A DNA stretch of 64,000 nt from contig NIVC01000847.1 of the NCBI GenBank assembly GCA_002269645.1, forward strand, positions 1-64,000, given 5' to 3'. The translations under genes were made by a program, and so were the position numbers. Below the pieces are notes generated by a model. The model saw only the letters and a list, made by a program, of their open reading frames with translations. It was not told the origin of the DNA and made no database searches. The stretch is from Macrostomum lignano (taxonomy: Eukaryota). This document shows, one piece after another, positions 1 through 13,047 of the stretch; the first letter of the stretch is position 1, and every line of letters begins with the position of its first letter.

Positions 1-1329
1 GAGGTGGTGTGAAAGTAGAGTGGGAGGGGTGTGAAAGTAGACTGGGAGGTGTGAAAGTAGAGTGGAGGAGGTGTGAAAGTAGACTGGGAGGTGTGAAAGT
101 AGAGTGGGGAGGTGTGAAAGTAGAGTGGGAGGTGTGAAAGTAGAGTGGGAGGTGTGAAAGTAGAGTGGGAGGTGGTGTGAAAGTAGAGTGGGAGGTGGTG
201 TGAAAGTAGAGTGGGAGGTGGTGTGAAAGTAGAGTGGGAGGTGGTGTGAAAGTGAGTGGGAGGTGGTGTGAAAGTAGAGTGGGAGGTGGTGTGAAAGTAG
301 AGTGGGAGGTGTGAAAGTAGAGTGGAAGGAGGTGTGAAAGTAGAGTGGGAGGTGTGAAAGTAGAGTGGTAAAGGTGTGAAAGTAGAGTGGAAGGTGTGAA
401 AGTAGAGTGGAAGGTGTGAAAGTAGACTGGGAGGTGTGAAAGTAGAGTGGGAGGTGTGAAAGTAGAGTGGAAGGAGGTGTGAAAGTAGAGTGGGAGGTGT
501 GAAAGTAGAGTGGGAGGTGGTGTGAAAGTAGAGTGGGAGGTGGTGTGAAAGTAGAGTGGGAGGTGGTGTGAAAGTGGAGTGGGAGGTGGTGTGAAAGTAG
601 AGTGGGAGGTGGTGTGAAAGTAGAGTGGGAGGTGGTGTGAAAGTAGAGTGGGAGGTGGTGTGAAAGTAGAGTGGGAGGTGGTGTGAAAGTAGAGTGGGAG
701 GTGGTGTGAAAGTAGACTGGGAGGTGTGAAAGTAGAGTGGGAGGAGGTGTGAAAGTAGACTGGGAGGTGTGAAAGTAGAGTGGGAGGTGTGAAAGTAGAG
801 TGGGAGGTGGTGTGAAAGTAGAGTGGGAGGTGGTGTGAAAGTAGAGTGGGAGGTGGTGTGAAAGTAGAGTGGGAGGTGGTGTGAAAGTGGAGTGGGAGGT
901 GGTGTGAAAGTGGAGTGGGAGGTGGTGTGAAAGTGGAGTTGGAGGTGGTGTGAAAGTAGAGTGGGAGGTGTGAAAGTAGAGTGGGAGGTGTGAAAGTAGA
1001 GTGGAAGGAGGTGTGAAAGTAGAGTGGGAGGTGTGAAAGTAGAGTGGAAGCTGGTGTGAAAGTAGAGTGGAAGCTGGTGTGAAAGTAGAGTGGAAGGTGT
1101 GAAAGTAGACTGGGAGGTGTGAAAGTAGAGTGGGAGGTGTGAAAGTAGAGTGGAAGGAGGTGTGAAAGTAGAGTGGGAGGTGTGAAAGTAGAGTGGGAGG
1201 TGGTGTGAAAGTAGAGTGGGAGGTGTGAAAGTAGAGTGGGAGGTGTGAAAGTAGAGTGGAAGGAGGTGTGAAAGTAGAGTGGAAGGAGGTGTGAAAGTAG
1301 AGTGGGAGGTGTGAAAGTGGAGTGGGAGG
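1..1329. repeat. G-rich minisatellite, 20-23 bp unit (GGT)GGTGTGAAAGTAGAGTGGGA, runs off the window start
   Basis: Direct tandem periodicity; variants differ by a GGT/GGA insertion. Confidence 0.97.
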
Positions 1330-1528
1330 CGTGGACTTAACGCAGTCAAGTGCGTGATTTGGAAACCAAGCGGAACAGCAAGGCACATTTCAGGCCTGCA
1401 AGCCGCTAAATCTAAATAAATATTTGAACCAAAACTGATATTATCAACTGGTGGCTTTTCGATTTTTCATCACCAACTTTTCTGTTTCTGTTCTTCGCAT
1501 TTATGTGCGACCGGAAGCTCTTGTGCAG

Positions 1529-1552
1529 CACAGGAAGCTGCCTCTGCTGCAG
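1529..1552 (+). CDS. Candidate 24-nt micro-exon (HRKLPLLQ) of the Gab/DOS-like gene
   Basis: TGCAG acceptor and CAG|GTAGGG donor; phase 0 matches the next exon (HWRKRYF); lies between two different arrays. The true 5' end of the gene is not resolved. Confidence 0.3.
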
Positions 1553-1701
1553 GTAGGGCCGCAAAAGTAAAAGCCCAGCTTTGGATCTTGGCCATTTTTT
1601 TATAATTTTTCTGACTGCTGTGATGACTAACTAGTTTTGAAAATGTTTCACTACCCAGCGATCAGTGCAGTCCAAATTTCTTGGAAATATGGAGTCGTTC
1701 A

Positions 1702-2807
1702 GGATCTGGGATCTAGGATCTGGGATCTAGGATCTAGGATCTAGGATCTGGGATCTAGGATCTGGGATCTAGGATCTGGGATCTAGGATCTGGGATCTAG
1801 GATCTGGGATCTAGGATCTGGGATCTAGGATCTGGGATCTAGGATCTGGGATCTAGGATCTGGGATCTAGGATCTGGGATCTAGGATCTGGGATCTAGGA
1901 TCTGGGATCTAGGATCTGGGATCTAGGATCTGGGATCTAGGATCTGGGATCTAGGATCTGGGATCTAGGATCTGGGATCTAGGATCTGGGATCTAGGATC
2001 TGGGATCTAGGATCTGGGATCTAGGATCTGGGATCTAGGATCTGGGATCTAGGATCTGGGATCTAGGATCTGGGATCTAGGATCTGGGATCTAGGATCTG
2101 GGATCTAGGATCTGGGATCTAGGATCTGGGATCTAGGATCTAGGATCTAGGATCTGGGATCTAGGATCTGGGATCTAGGATCTGGGATCTAGGATCTGGG
2201 ATCTAGGATCTGGGATCTAGGATCTGGGATCTAGGATCTGGGATCTAGGATCTGGGATCTAGGATCTGGGATCTAGGATCTGGGATCTAGGATCTGGGAT
2301 CTAGGATCTGGGATCTAGGATCTGGGATCTAGGATCTGGGATCTAGGATCTGGGATCTAGGATCTGGGATCTAGGATCTGGGATCTAGGATCTGGGATCT
2401 AGGATCTGGGATCTAGGATCTGGGATCTAGGATCTGGGATCTAGGATCTGGGATCTAGGATCTGGGATCTAGGATCTGGGATCTAGGATCTGGGATCTAG
2501 GATCTGGGATCTAGGATCTGGGATCTAGGATCTGGGATCTAGGATCTGGGATCTAGGATCTGGGATCTAGGATCTGGGATCTAGGATCTGGGATCTAGGA
2601 TCTGGGATCTAGGATCTGGGATCTAGGATCTGGGATCTAGGATCTGGGATCTAGGATCTGGGATCTAGGATCTGGGATCTAGGATCTGGGATCTAGGATC
2701 TGGGATCTAGGATCTGGGATCTAGGATCTGGGATCTAGGATCTGGGATCTAGGATCTGGGATCTAGGATCTGGGATCTAGGATCTGGGATCTAGGATCTG
2801 GGATCTG
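1702..2807. repeat. Nearly perfect 14-bp minisatellite GGATCTGGGATCTA (two alternating 7-mers), about 79 copies
   Basis: Direct periodicity. Confidence 0.98.
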
Positions 2808-2813
2808 CAATAA

Positions 2814-4448
<1,635 letters not shown>

Positions 4449-5205
4449 AAAATATCAGTTTTCCTTTTCTGGGATGCTGTTTTGAGCTTTAGTCACTGGG
4501 CATTTACGGGAAGTAGTGCAGGCGGGCGACTATAATACGCATGTACATTTTGAAAAAAATGTAGACCTTCAATGCATATGTAGCTCATATTTGTTTAAAT
4601 TCAAGACCAGTTTTGAAGTGCATATATGTCCTTATACTACTATAAGTGGAATTTATGGCCTAACATTAGGTTTTCTCCTACTGTACGTTTTATGCTTTCA
4701 CATCTGCGAAAGTAATGCAACCTGATGCGTGATTCATGAACTCCCGATCTCGCGAATATTCATTACATTTATTAAATGCACGAGAGTATGCATGTTATTT
4801 CCGCGCATTCAGAATTCTGAAGCTGAATTGAAGAAGCTGGCCATGGTACATTGCATGTATATTGATTATTAAAGTCCCTATGGCCAACACTGTTGCATGT
4901 GCAGTGTACGAATGCTATACGTATAAACAAATACAGTACTATACTGCTCTGGATGCTTTCTCAAAGTTTAAAAACTGCTTACACAAATCAATTAGACATA
5001 TATACAAACGTGCATCGATGCACATGCAACTTGTCTAAAAGACATACATGTATCAATATTAAAATGTATCTACATGTATATACAATACATGTAAGGCACA
5101 GTATGATATGTACATCGTGTAGAGATGTTATAATTTTAGTGTACCCTTAGGCACAATACAACAATATATATTATATTGCATATACTTTTGGTGAACCCAT
5201 ATTTC

Positions 5206-7190
5206 TGATGAGGACGCACTTTTTCCCAAATCCCGCGCTAGCACATGGGCTCTAAACTTACTTGCCTACTAACAGTGGGCAATGGGCATTTTTATCCTTT
5301 TTCTGCGAATTTTCATAGAAACTATACTAGATATAATGTCTGGTCATACTAGTAGTCATAATAACATAGGCGCAGCTTTTTGGGTCATAAATCATCGCTT
5401 TCAAAGTTGGTCTGACAGCCACCTGCGCCTCACTCAGTGTTGAAGCGGGCGCCAGATGGTCTGAGAGGATGCGGGCGGTAGCTTTTTTCTCATTATCTTG
5501 ACAGGCCATCAAGATTTACGAGGTCAGAGCCTATTGTTCGTGTTCACTCAAGCGTGTGACAGCTTTGACAGCTATGCGTTTTACCCCTAAAAGTACCTTG
5601 GGATTAGCGATTAGCGATTTCTCTTCATTATCTTCACTTTCTATTTAATAAGAGCTTTCTAATGTATATTTTTTCATTAATTTCTGTCAATCCTACGCGA
5701 AAAGTCATAAATCATTTTGTTGCGATTTTGAGTGATTTATGGCCGCACCTGTCATCTTTTTACGACCCTGTGGGAACTGATAGGATCTCTCGGTCACGTG
5801 ATTCTGGGTAGCAACAAGCTTAGCCAATCAGAAAATTCGGCGCTCATTTTAACAAAACGGCTCAGCCAATCAGAATCGACGTGTTCCATTATAACAAACT
5901 GCGGTCCAGTTGGCGGCTATTTAAACCGGAGTTTTTGGCCCGCTCGGACTCAACTTTGGCTCGGGCCCAGCGCGCAACTTCTGGTTCCCAGAGCACGACC
6001 GTCGTTTCTTGATCCCCGGATTGCGACTTCCCCCATCATCATCAAGGACGAGTCCCCCGGTCGACAGCAGCGAACATCAAGTTAAGAGCATCACCTGCTA
6101 GCTAACAGCGAAGAGTGTGACAGCATCATCCGAGTCTACAGCTGCAGAGCATCGAGCCGATTCGGTCACTGTGGATTACCTGGTCTCCGGCTGTTGAGTT
6201 TCTGATTGGTTGGGTGAGAGGCTACCTAGACTTGCTTGATTGGGTGATCCCTTATCTGTCCCCTGTTGCAGTAGCTGAATTAGGCGCACACTTTTGCTCA
6301 TTTTGTTCAGTAGTGCTGTTGCTGAGGCAGGAATCATTCAATAATACTGCTAGTAGTCTAAGACTCCAATTCAATCCGAGGTGTGAAGTGAACTAAGGAG
6401 AAGGTTAAATCTAACAGTTATTTTTGTCGGTTTTATTTCTTTGTTCGCCGATGGCTCAGATGAGTAGCTAGCTAGTAGGCGCCGGTCACAGTGGACCAAT
6501 GGCAAGGCAGTTCTCAGTCGACCAATCTATCAAATCAGTGAGCAAAACTGCCAGAAGTGCAGGATCGGCGCCAGAGATGTACTTTGTGCACTCTAGGGTA
6601 GCCAAGCGGCTCGGGTAAATGAATCATGCGGTCTCTGAAGTTCGAGTCAGTCTATCATCAGCGCTATGAGAGGCTAGTTGGCGCGTTGAAGGCCAAAAGT
6701 ACATATCTTCGTATTTAGCAATGTAATAGTACATGTAGCTACCCCATAGACTCGCCACCGCAAGAATCCCCTGCACAAGTCCCCTCTGTACCTGCATGGC
6801 CAACGCGATCTAGTCCCAGCAGTGTCCCTTAACATCGGCTATGACTTCGAGATTGACAGCAAAAAGACACTAGTTGGCAGGTAAGTGCAAAGCCCCTTCT
6901 AGTCGGAAGCCCGATTTCGAGAGTCCCGGTGTGGTGAGCCAGGGCGTACGGGCTGGTGGCAGCAAGTTAGTTGATCTGCGGATTAGCTAATTTCTACTTT
7001 CAAAATTCTCCCTGCTCGTCTCTCGCTGTCCCTCTCTTAGCTATAGGACCTAGACTGCTCGCCACACGATCAAGCTACCATGGGGCTGACCATCTGACAG
7101 GAGTGGGGGGCCAGGTCTCTAATTGATTTATTTCTGAGCCTGAGGCCCGAAGGCTTCCCTAACAAGGAGTCCGAAGGTCGAAACCCATCA
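5206..7190 (+). repeat. 5' LTR (1985 bp)
   Basis: Near-identical to 16149-18133; by eye four 1-nt indels and one substitution. Confidence 0.96.
5824..5925 (+). promoter_or_regulatory. Candidate LTR Pol II promoter: two AGCCAATCAG boxes (CCAAT at 5824 and 5866) and TATTTAAA (5918-5925)
   Basis: Motif sequence and spacing typical of LTR U3 promoters; duplicated in the 3' LTR. Confidence 0.55.
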
Positions 7191-7192
7191 AA

Positions 7193-7210
7193 TGGTGGCA
7201 GCGGTGGGAT
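7193..7210 (+). other. Primer binding site complementary to the tRNA-Leu 3' end
   Basis: TGGTGGCAGCGGTGGGAT, 2 nt after the LTR; reverse complement ATCCCACCGCTGCCACCA is the metazoan tRNA-Leu(AAG/TAG)-type 3' end with CCA. Confidence 0.9.
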
Positions 7211-9715
7211 ATGGTAAACACTAGCCGGTAGGAAGTGGTAAAGTGCTCACCGGTAGTGATGGCTGGTAAATGGCAAATTGTGACAGAATAATAAAATCGA
7301 GTTGCGCCGTTTAGATTTCAAAATTGGGAATTTAGGTTTCTTATTAGATTACTGTAAGTAGTCAGCTGCGATAGCTTTTCAAGTCTGAATTATGAGAGTC
7401 CAAAAATGCACAAAAAATTTATGCTACTGGAACCAAAAAAATTACTAGTATGAATTGCTTATCATTAAATGCATGCCTATTCAAAAAATCAACCAAAAAA
7501 AATTATAAAAATTCAAAAAGCCAGAGCATATAAAAAAAATCAACCCCGCACAGACAACTCTCTCAGCTTGATCAGTTATCTAGGCTCTCTGCTTAGTTCC
7601 CCAGTTTTGATTTCAGCCAGCTAATTATGCGGAAAATAGAGACTTAGGATAGTTCTTGTACTTTTGCTAAACAGAAAAGTTTCGAACTGATCACTCGAAA
7701 TTAAGCTATTAATTTTTGTCGTGTAGACAAGAGGCCATTATCCGAATGATGATGCTTCCTCGGCCAAAACGTTCATTATAGAATGCTGACAGCGCTCGTA
7801 GTTTTTGTCTTGTTTGCAAAATTTAGAATCAGGCAGCTTTTTGGATGTGCGAAGCCTTGGTTTCATACGCAGGGCCTCACGGGTTTTGGGTTCAAAGGTT
7901 ATACTCTGGAGCAGATTAGTACGGGACAGTCGGATTAGCGTACTGTGTGATTATAGTATCATTTCGATTTAAATCGGGGTGTTCTATCTGAGTGCTTCTC
8001 ACGAATTGTTGTCCGCTTTTCGGGCTTTGGTGGTATAAATCGCTTTAAGTGGCAACGGAGAGCTCAAATTCCCACTGCAATTCTCGGTATTCCGGCTAAC
8101 AATGGCAAGTGCTGTGCCGTTGGGCCTCTGGATGCGCTGGGTCAGACATCCATGTCCTGAAAAATATGTCTGGGGTTGATGGCTACCGGAACGCGAGAAC
8201 AGCCACGCTACTTTGGGTTTGGGTACAGAATTGTGAGGTCTGAAGTTACTTTAAGTTCGTACATTTACCATCTGCTTAGCCTAGGAGTCTGGGAAGTGTG
8301 TAGGTATTACTTTCAGTAGTACAGTTTGCCAGTGCACAAGTAAATTTCCTGGTTGCGGAATTTAGGGTTTGGAAGTTTGCTTTTGCCCTTTCGGTTCTTT
8401 CTTAGAATCGGAGGGGTATCTAATGTAAATACAGTAAGGAAAGCGGAGAGAATTACCCACACGGTGCCATGGTAGTATGTGCGAATTCCAGCTACCGCTC
8501 TGGTTAACGATTCTGCAGAGAGCAGAAAACGCCGTGGCTATTCATTTTTATGATAGCAAGAGGAGGGGAGCGCAGCTTTGTCTGGACAGACTCTACGACT
8601 CAAGACACAGATGTCTTCTGTGGTTCGCCGCTATAAAAATACCCGACCCGATAACGTAGGGTCATAATATTTGACAAACTTTCCTGCTGCCCGTAGCTTT
8701 TTCTATGATCAAAATTCTTAGGGACCGTGCCATAAGGTTTTGTTGCGGAGTGAACACTACACTACGGACCTGCTTAACTCCTTGTGTATTATCTGTCTGT
8801 TCGCGAGTATCGTTTATTAGGTGTAATCCGCCCTCACCGGTCAATGCTGACGAAAGCTACACAGAGGGGCCACTGGGCGCGCTGGGTCAGACGTCCAAGT
8901 TCCGCTAAAAGATCAGCCTTGATGGGGATTGTGAATCTGTCTAGCCGTAGCAGCACCCGGACGGTTTCCTAGTGGCGATACCACGCAGGAGAGCTCTGAT
9001 ACACATGAGGTGCCCACATATTGGCGCCTGCAATTTAGACTAATGAGAGCTGATGAGACCCTCCATGATTTACTAGCCCATCAAAATTATTCGGAAGCAA
9101 AAAGAGCCGCTCAGAGAGAAAGAGAGACTGAGACTGTAGTAGCCTGCGGAAAGCTGTGGCCTTAGCCCAGTTGAGAACCAGTGAGTTTAAAAGCAGCGAT
9201 TCGAGAAAATCCGAGATCGGATTCAAGGCAGAGACAGAAGGATTTTAGGTGTGAAAAATTTGAGTCAAGTGTGACTGCGGTGTGAGTGGAATAAGTGAAG
9301 TTTCCGCTTCGTTGGTTTTTGCGTATTTTTTCATTTTTGTGCTGTGTTTGCGATCATTATCGCAAGCCCCGCGCTCGTATTGTACGCTTTTTGTATATAG
9401 ATCGCGTATCTTTTGCTTATTTGCGTGTTTTATGCACTTTGCTTATTTTTGCTTGTAATTTATTGTTTTTGCTTTGAGCTCCCCAACTCGCGGCGCTCAA
9501 CCCCCCATTGCTTACTTGTGTCAAAACCCTACCCCAGTTAGGCTTTTTGCACAATCTCCCCCCCCTTCCCCCCATTCGATTCGATTCATTGCCATTGTCT
9601 TGCTTTGAAGCAGACACCCAATTTCGGCTAGTAGCCAATTGCATTCATTCTTTCCGCCCCGGTTCAGATTTTCATCCTTTAGTTCTGTCCCGGCAACTGG
9701 TGTTGTGCCCGAACT

Positions 9716-11074
9716 ATGGAAACATGTAATTCCAGTACCAGTAAGTCAGGAGGTAGAGGGAGAAGAGGTAGAGGGAATAGGAACGGATCAGCAGCCGCCG
9801 CCGCAGCCGCCTGCGATTTTTCGTCCCAGGGCTCAGGCTCCCCCGAGCGATCAGAGTGCGGATCATCACCGCAGAGAGCCCCACCTCAACCCCAAGCCGC
9901 CGACATGGCAGCCCAATTAGCGCAAGCCCTTGCAGCTATTGGATTGGGCAGAGAGACACAGAGTGTCAAGATTAGCGTTGAGAAATTCAACCCAGCAGAA
10001 TCCTGCTTCCCACAGTGGGTTGACAGAGTCAAATTCAAACTCAGATCTGAAGAGATTAGGGACAGAGAGCAGAAGAAGAGCACAGTAATCTCGCTCCTCC
10101 CCCCAGATCTGCAGAGTCTTGCTATTGCCCTCCATCCCGGCCTTGACTTCGAAGAATTCATAGAAAGGTTAGGTCGCCAGGTAGGAGAGGCCAGTTCAGA
10201 ATTAGCGAAGAGGAACAAAGTCCGGAATTTGAAACAGAAAGCAGGCCAGAATCACCACGCCTACTCGGCCATGGTGCGTAGTGTGATAGCTTCTGCTTAC
10301 CCCGACATGAGTCCTAGACAGTTAGAGTCGGAGGTGATCTTCGCCTACTTGGAAACGGCTGATATTGCCCCAGATGTGCGCAAGTCGCTGCTAGGGCAAC
10401 AGTTTCGCAGCATTGATGAAGTGCTGGCAGCTCAGCAGAATCTCCAAGAGGCAGATGAGATTTCCCGGCGCTTAGCGCGAGACCAGCCCAGATATGATCA
10501 GCGTAGGGACGAGAGAAACAGAGATCAAAATCGCCCCAGCGACAGAGAATATCAGCGCAGGTGGGTCCGCATGCTGGAGTCAGAGGAAGGAAGGGAAGTA
10601 GAAGAGGCATTGACAGATTTACAGCAGCGCCAAAACAGCCTTGATGAAACCGTCGGCAAGATTTACGGCGCTATGAGTCAGGTAGCGGAGAAGATCGATC
10701 GGGCCATGATAAGCCACTCAGATCATTGGGAGGGAGACCTCACAGTGGTAGAAGATACTGAGCGAGCTAGCCAACCGCCTGAGGGCAAGTCTCCGCCCCC
10801 CTCATCTCAAAATCTGTCAGAGAAGCCCGTGCTACAGAGGCAGAATGCGATTTATGGTGACCCGGCCAAGCAGATTGAAAAAACTGAGATTTACCGGCCC
10901 CCGCAGTTGCGCAACAGTGCACGCGCGCGCCCGCCTCCCTTGCGTGTTCCTACCCAGGGAGAGAGCAGAGTAGGAGAAGAGAGCTGGAGCCCCCCGCCAA
11001 CCCCGGCGCCTGGAACGCAGAGACAGCGGCCCTCTTTATATCTTCCGTCTGGGCCAGCCGGTTCGGAAAACTGA
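9716..11074 (+). CDS. gag: Gag-like protein, 452 aa, no CCHC zinc knuckle
   Basis: First long ORF after the PBS; strong Kozak ACTATGG; capsid-like segments KFNPAESCFPQWVDRV and LKQKAGQNHHAYSAMVRSVIASAYP; coiled-coil and proline-rich C-terminus. Confidence 0.8.
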   Translation: METCNSSTSKSGGRGRRGRGNRNGSAAAAAAACDFSSQGSGSPERSECGSSPQRAPPQPQAADMAAQLAQALAAIGLGRETQSVKISVEKFNPAESCFPQWVDRVKFKLRSEEIRDREQKKSTVISLLPPDLQSLAIALHPGLDFEEFIERLGRQVGEASSELAKRNKVRNLKQKAGQNHHAYSAMVRSVIASAYPDMSPRQLESEVIFAYLETADIAPDVRKSLLGQQFRSIDEVLAAQQNLQEADEISRRLARDQPRYDQRRDERNRDQNRPSDREYQRRWVRMLESEEGREVEEALTDLQQRQNSLDETVGKIYGAMSQVAEKIDRAMISHSDHWEGDLTVVEDTERASQPPEGKSPPPSSQNLSEKPVLQRQNAIYGDPAKQIEKTEIYRPPQLRNSARARPPPLRVPTQGESRVGEESWSPPPTPAPGTQRQRPSLYLPSGPAGSEN

Positions 11075-11126
11075 GAGTAGGGATGGGTGGCGCCCACACT
11101 CACCCCTCTTCTGTACTTTCAAGGGC
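11065..11126 (+). promoter_or_regulatory. Candidate -1 programmed ribosomal frameshift signal (gag to protease)
   Basis: G_GAA_AAC at 11065-11071 directly before the gag stop; 8-nt spacer; hairpin 11080-11105; protease frame is -1 and open from 10888. Confidence 0.6.
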
Positions 11127-11577
11127 AAATTTAGTAAACAGTGGCAAAAGGAAAATGAATCTTGTACCCGATTTCATTGTCCCTAGGAAGTCTGTATCAT
11201 TTAGAAGCTCTCGAGCTGATGTTTATGTAAAAGTTCAAGTAGAGAGATTGCCAGTCCGAATCTTAATCGATTCTGGGTCGGCAGTTTCCATCTTACCCTT
11301 CAAAGACTTTGTGGCGGCCACTAACGATGATATGGACAGGTTGGAGGCCCCTACAGTTTCTATCTATTCCTATAGCGGGCATAGACTGGAGATTGTGGGT
11401 CAATCTAAGCTGACAGTCATCTTAGGCAGTGAGACCATGCCTGTCATGTTCCTGATTGCCAGTGACCCCGGCACGAGGCCTCTGTTGGGCAACTCTTTCC
11501 TCGCAGCAGCACCTGCTGTGTTGGATTACCACACTAGAAATCTATTAGTATTGGGGCAAATGCTCCCATTTTGTTGA
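11083..11577 (+). CDS. Retropepsin-type aspartic protease; ORF stops immediately after the domain
   Basis: ILIDSGSAVSIL catalytic motif, flap-like SIYSYSGHRLEIVG, terminal PLLGNSFL motif. Confidence 0.88.
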   Translation: MGGAHTHPSSVLSRANLVNSGKRKMNLVPDFIVPRKSVSFRSSRADVYVKVQVERLPVRILIDSGSAVSILPFKDFVAATNDDMDRLEAPTVSIYSYSGHRLEIVGQSKLTVILGSETMPVMFLIASDPGTRPLLGNSFLAAAPAVLDYHTRNLLVLGQMLPFC

Positions 11578-11952
11578 CTTCCTGAAGAACTCTGAAGGTC
11601 GGGGGCCCGATTCGCTTTTCCCCTTGCTTATCCTCTGCTAGATCCGGTTTATTTCGTGAAAGTATTATGACAGGTTGGACGTATAGAGGAAATAGATGAA
11701 GCTCTTAGAACAATTGGAAGCTCTTAGAACAAATTATAAATGAAGCAGTTAACGCTGAAATGGTATATTTAAAATAGCTAATAGAATTAATGGTAGGAAC
11801 AGATACTATAGACTGGTGCAGCGTTTTATATAATTAAGAAAGGCATTAGGAAGTTATCTAAAAGCAATTAATACGATAATGATTTTATGGACAAATGAAA
11901 GGTGAAAGTGGTGTGGTAAAGGGCAGAAACCCTTAGGCACATGAATAGAGAA

Positions 11953-12549
11953 TTAGTTGGCACCGCTGAGCTGGGCGGCCGCCTGCATTAACAACTCGAC
12001 GGTGCGGTCGTGTTCAGGGCAGCCATGGTCAGAGGCCTGCAAGGCGCTAGCGTGTTGCTGCAGCCGCACCGAGAGGTCAGCTGTTGCGGGTGCCGCAGGT
12101 TGAGCACCGGAAGGCGCACCTGAGGGCTCCTCTTGAATGGAGTCCAAGGCGGAAATTGATGAGGCCTCCGGTGTGCTAGCACTGTAGTGTCCGATGGGGG
12201 TAGAGGTGCCCGCGGTAGTTGGGCGGGTGCCGCTGCTACTGGGCGTGCCCCGACCCCGACTGCGACCGCTGCTGCGACCTCCTCCACTCCGGGCGGGTCC
12301 AGCCACGCCGCGGTCAGCAAAGGTGGCCTCTATTAGAGGCGGAGCAGCAGTCCCGGCTCGGGGCCGGAGTGTCAGCTGGCCGTCTCCATGGGCTATCACC
12401 TCTGTTGGCAGGACTGAGAATGCGCCATGAATGAGCCTCTTGCCCAGGATAAGGCTCTGTTGTAGAATTAGCGCGCCCTCTGCGGGTGTGAGGTGGAAAG
12501 GTAGACGCAGGTTAGGGGTAGAGAGGGATTGAAGCTGCCAGGATTGGGA
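11953..12549 (-). CDS. Antisense open frame inside the LTR element (about 198 codons, no in-frame ATG; low-complexity with helical C-terminus)
   Basis: Stop-free from 12549 to the TAA at 11953-11955; GC-rich block between AT-rich spacers. Confidence 0.3.
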   Translation of the reverse strand, partial: SQSWQLQSLSTPNLRLPFHLTPAEGALILQQSLILGKRLIHGAFSVLPTEVIAHGDGQLTLRPRAGTAAPPLIEATFADRGVAGPARSGGGRSSGRSRGRGTPSSSGTRPTTAGTSTPIGHYSASTPEASSISALDSIQEEPSGAPSGAQPAAPATADLSVRLQQHASALQASDHGCPEHDRTVELLMQAAAQLSGAN

Positions 12550-13047
12550 TTAGCTTGAAATTCTGAATCGCTTTGAGTTCATAGTCCAATTAACATAACT
12601 TTGAGGAGCCAATTCTTCACTTGGGGAAATCCGCCGTAGCTATTTTTAGTCCCCCCAGCTAGTCTGCAGGGATCCCTCATCTCTTCCCTCCTCTGGTCCC
12701 CGCTCCCGTTCTCCTTCCCCCCCCCATGCACCCCATGCACATTTCGACCCCCATTGTAACCCTCGTTTTTTGTTCCTCTTGCAAAAAATTGACGGTCTGT
12801 TGAGCTCAAATGTTTTATTGGCCCTCATAATGAGTTTTTTCTACTATGCGCCCCAAATGATTTGTATCAATCTGAGGGTGACTCTGACGTGGAGTCGCCC
12901 CACCCTCTGTTTACTGTTATCTGATTTTTTCCGAATACAAAAAGGAAAACTTTGACTGTAATTCAATTTGACTTTCTGCGAGCTAAAAGCATTCTGCTAG
13001 CTGTGATCCTCTGTTTATAAGTGAGAGCTTTGTGCATCTGCGAAGAC

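Noticed and set aside
5205-5240. CTGATGAG at the LTR start resembling a hammerhead ribozyme core
   Set aside because: The C comes from the flanking TSD, is absent at the 3' LTR, and no stem II plus GAAA follows
5732-6396. 117-aa and 60-aa ORFs in both LTRs (also 16673-17338)
   Set aside because: GTG starts, overlap the promoter motifs, no domain resemblance; duplicated only because the LTR is
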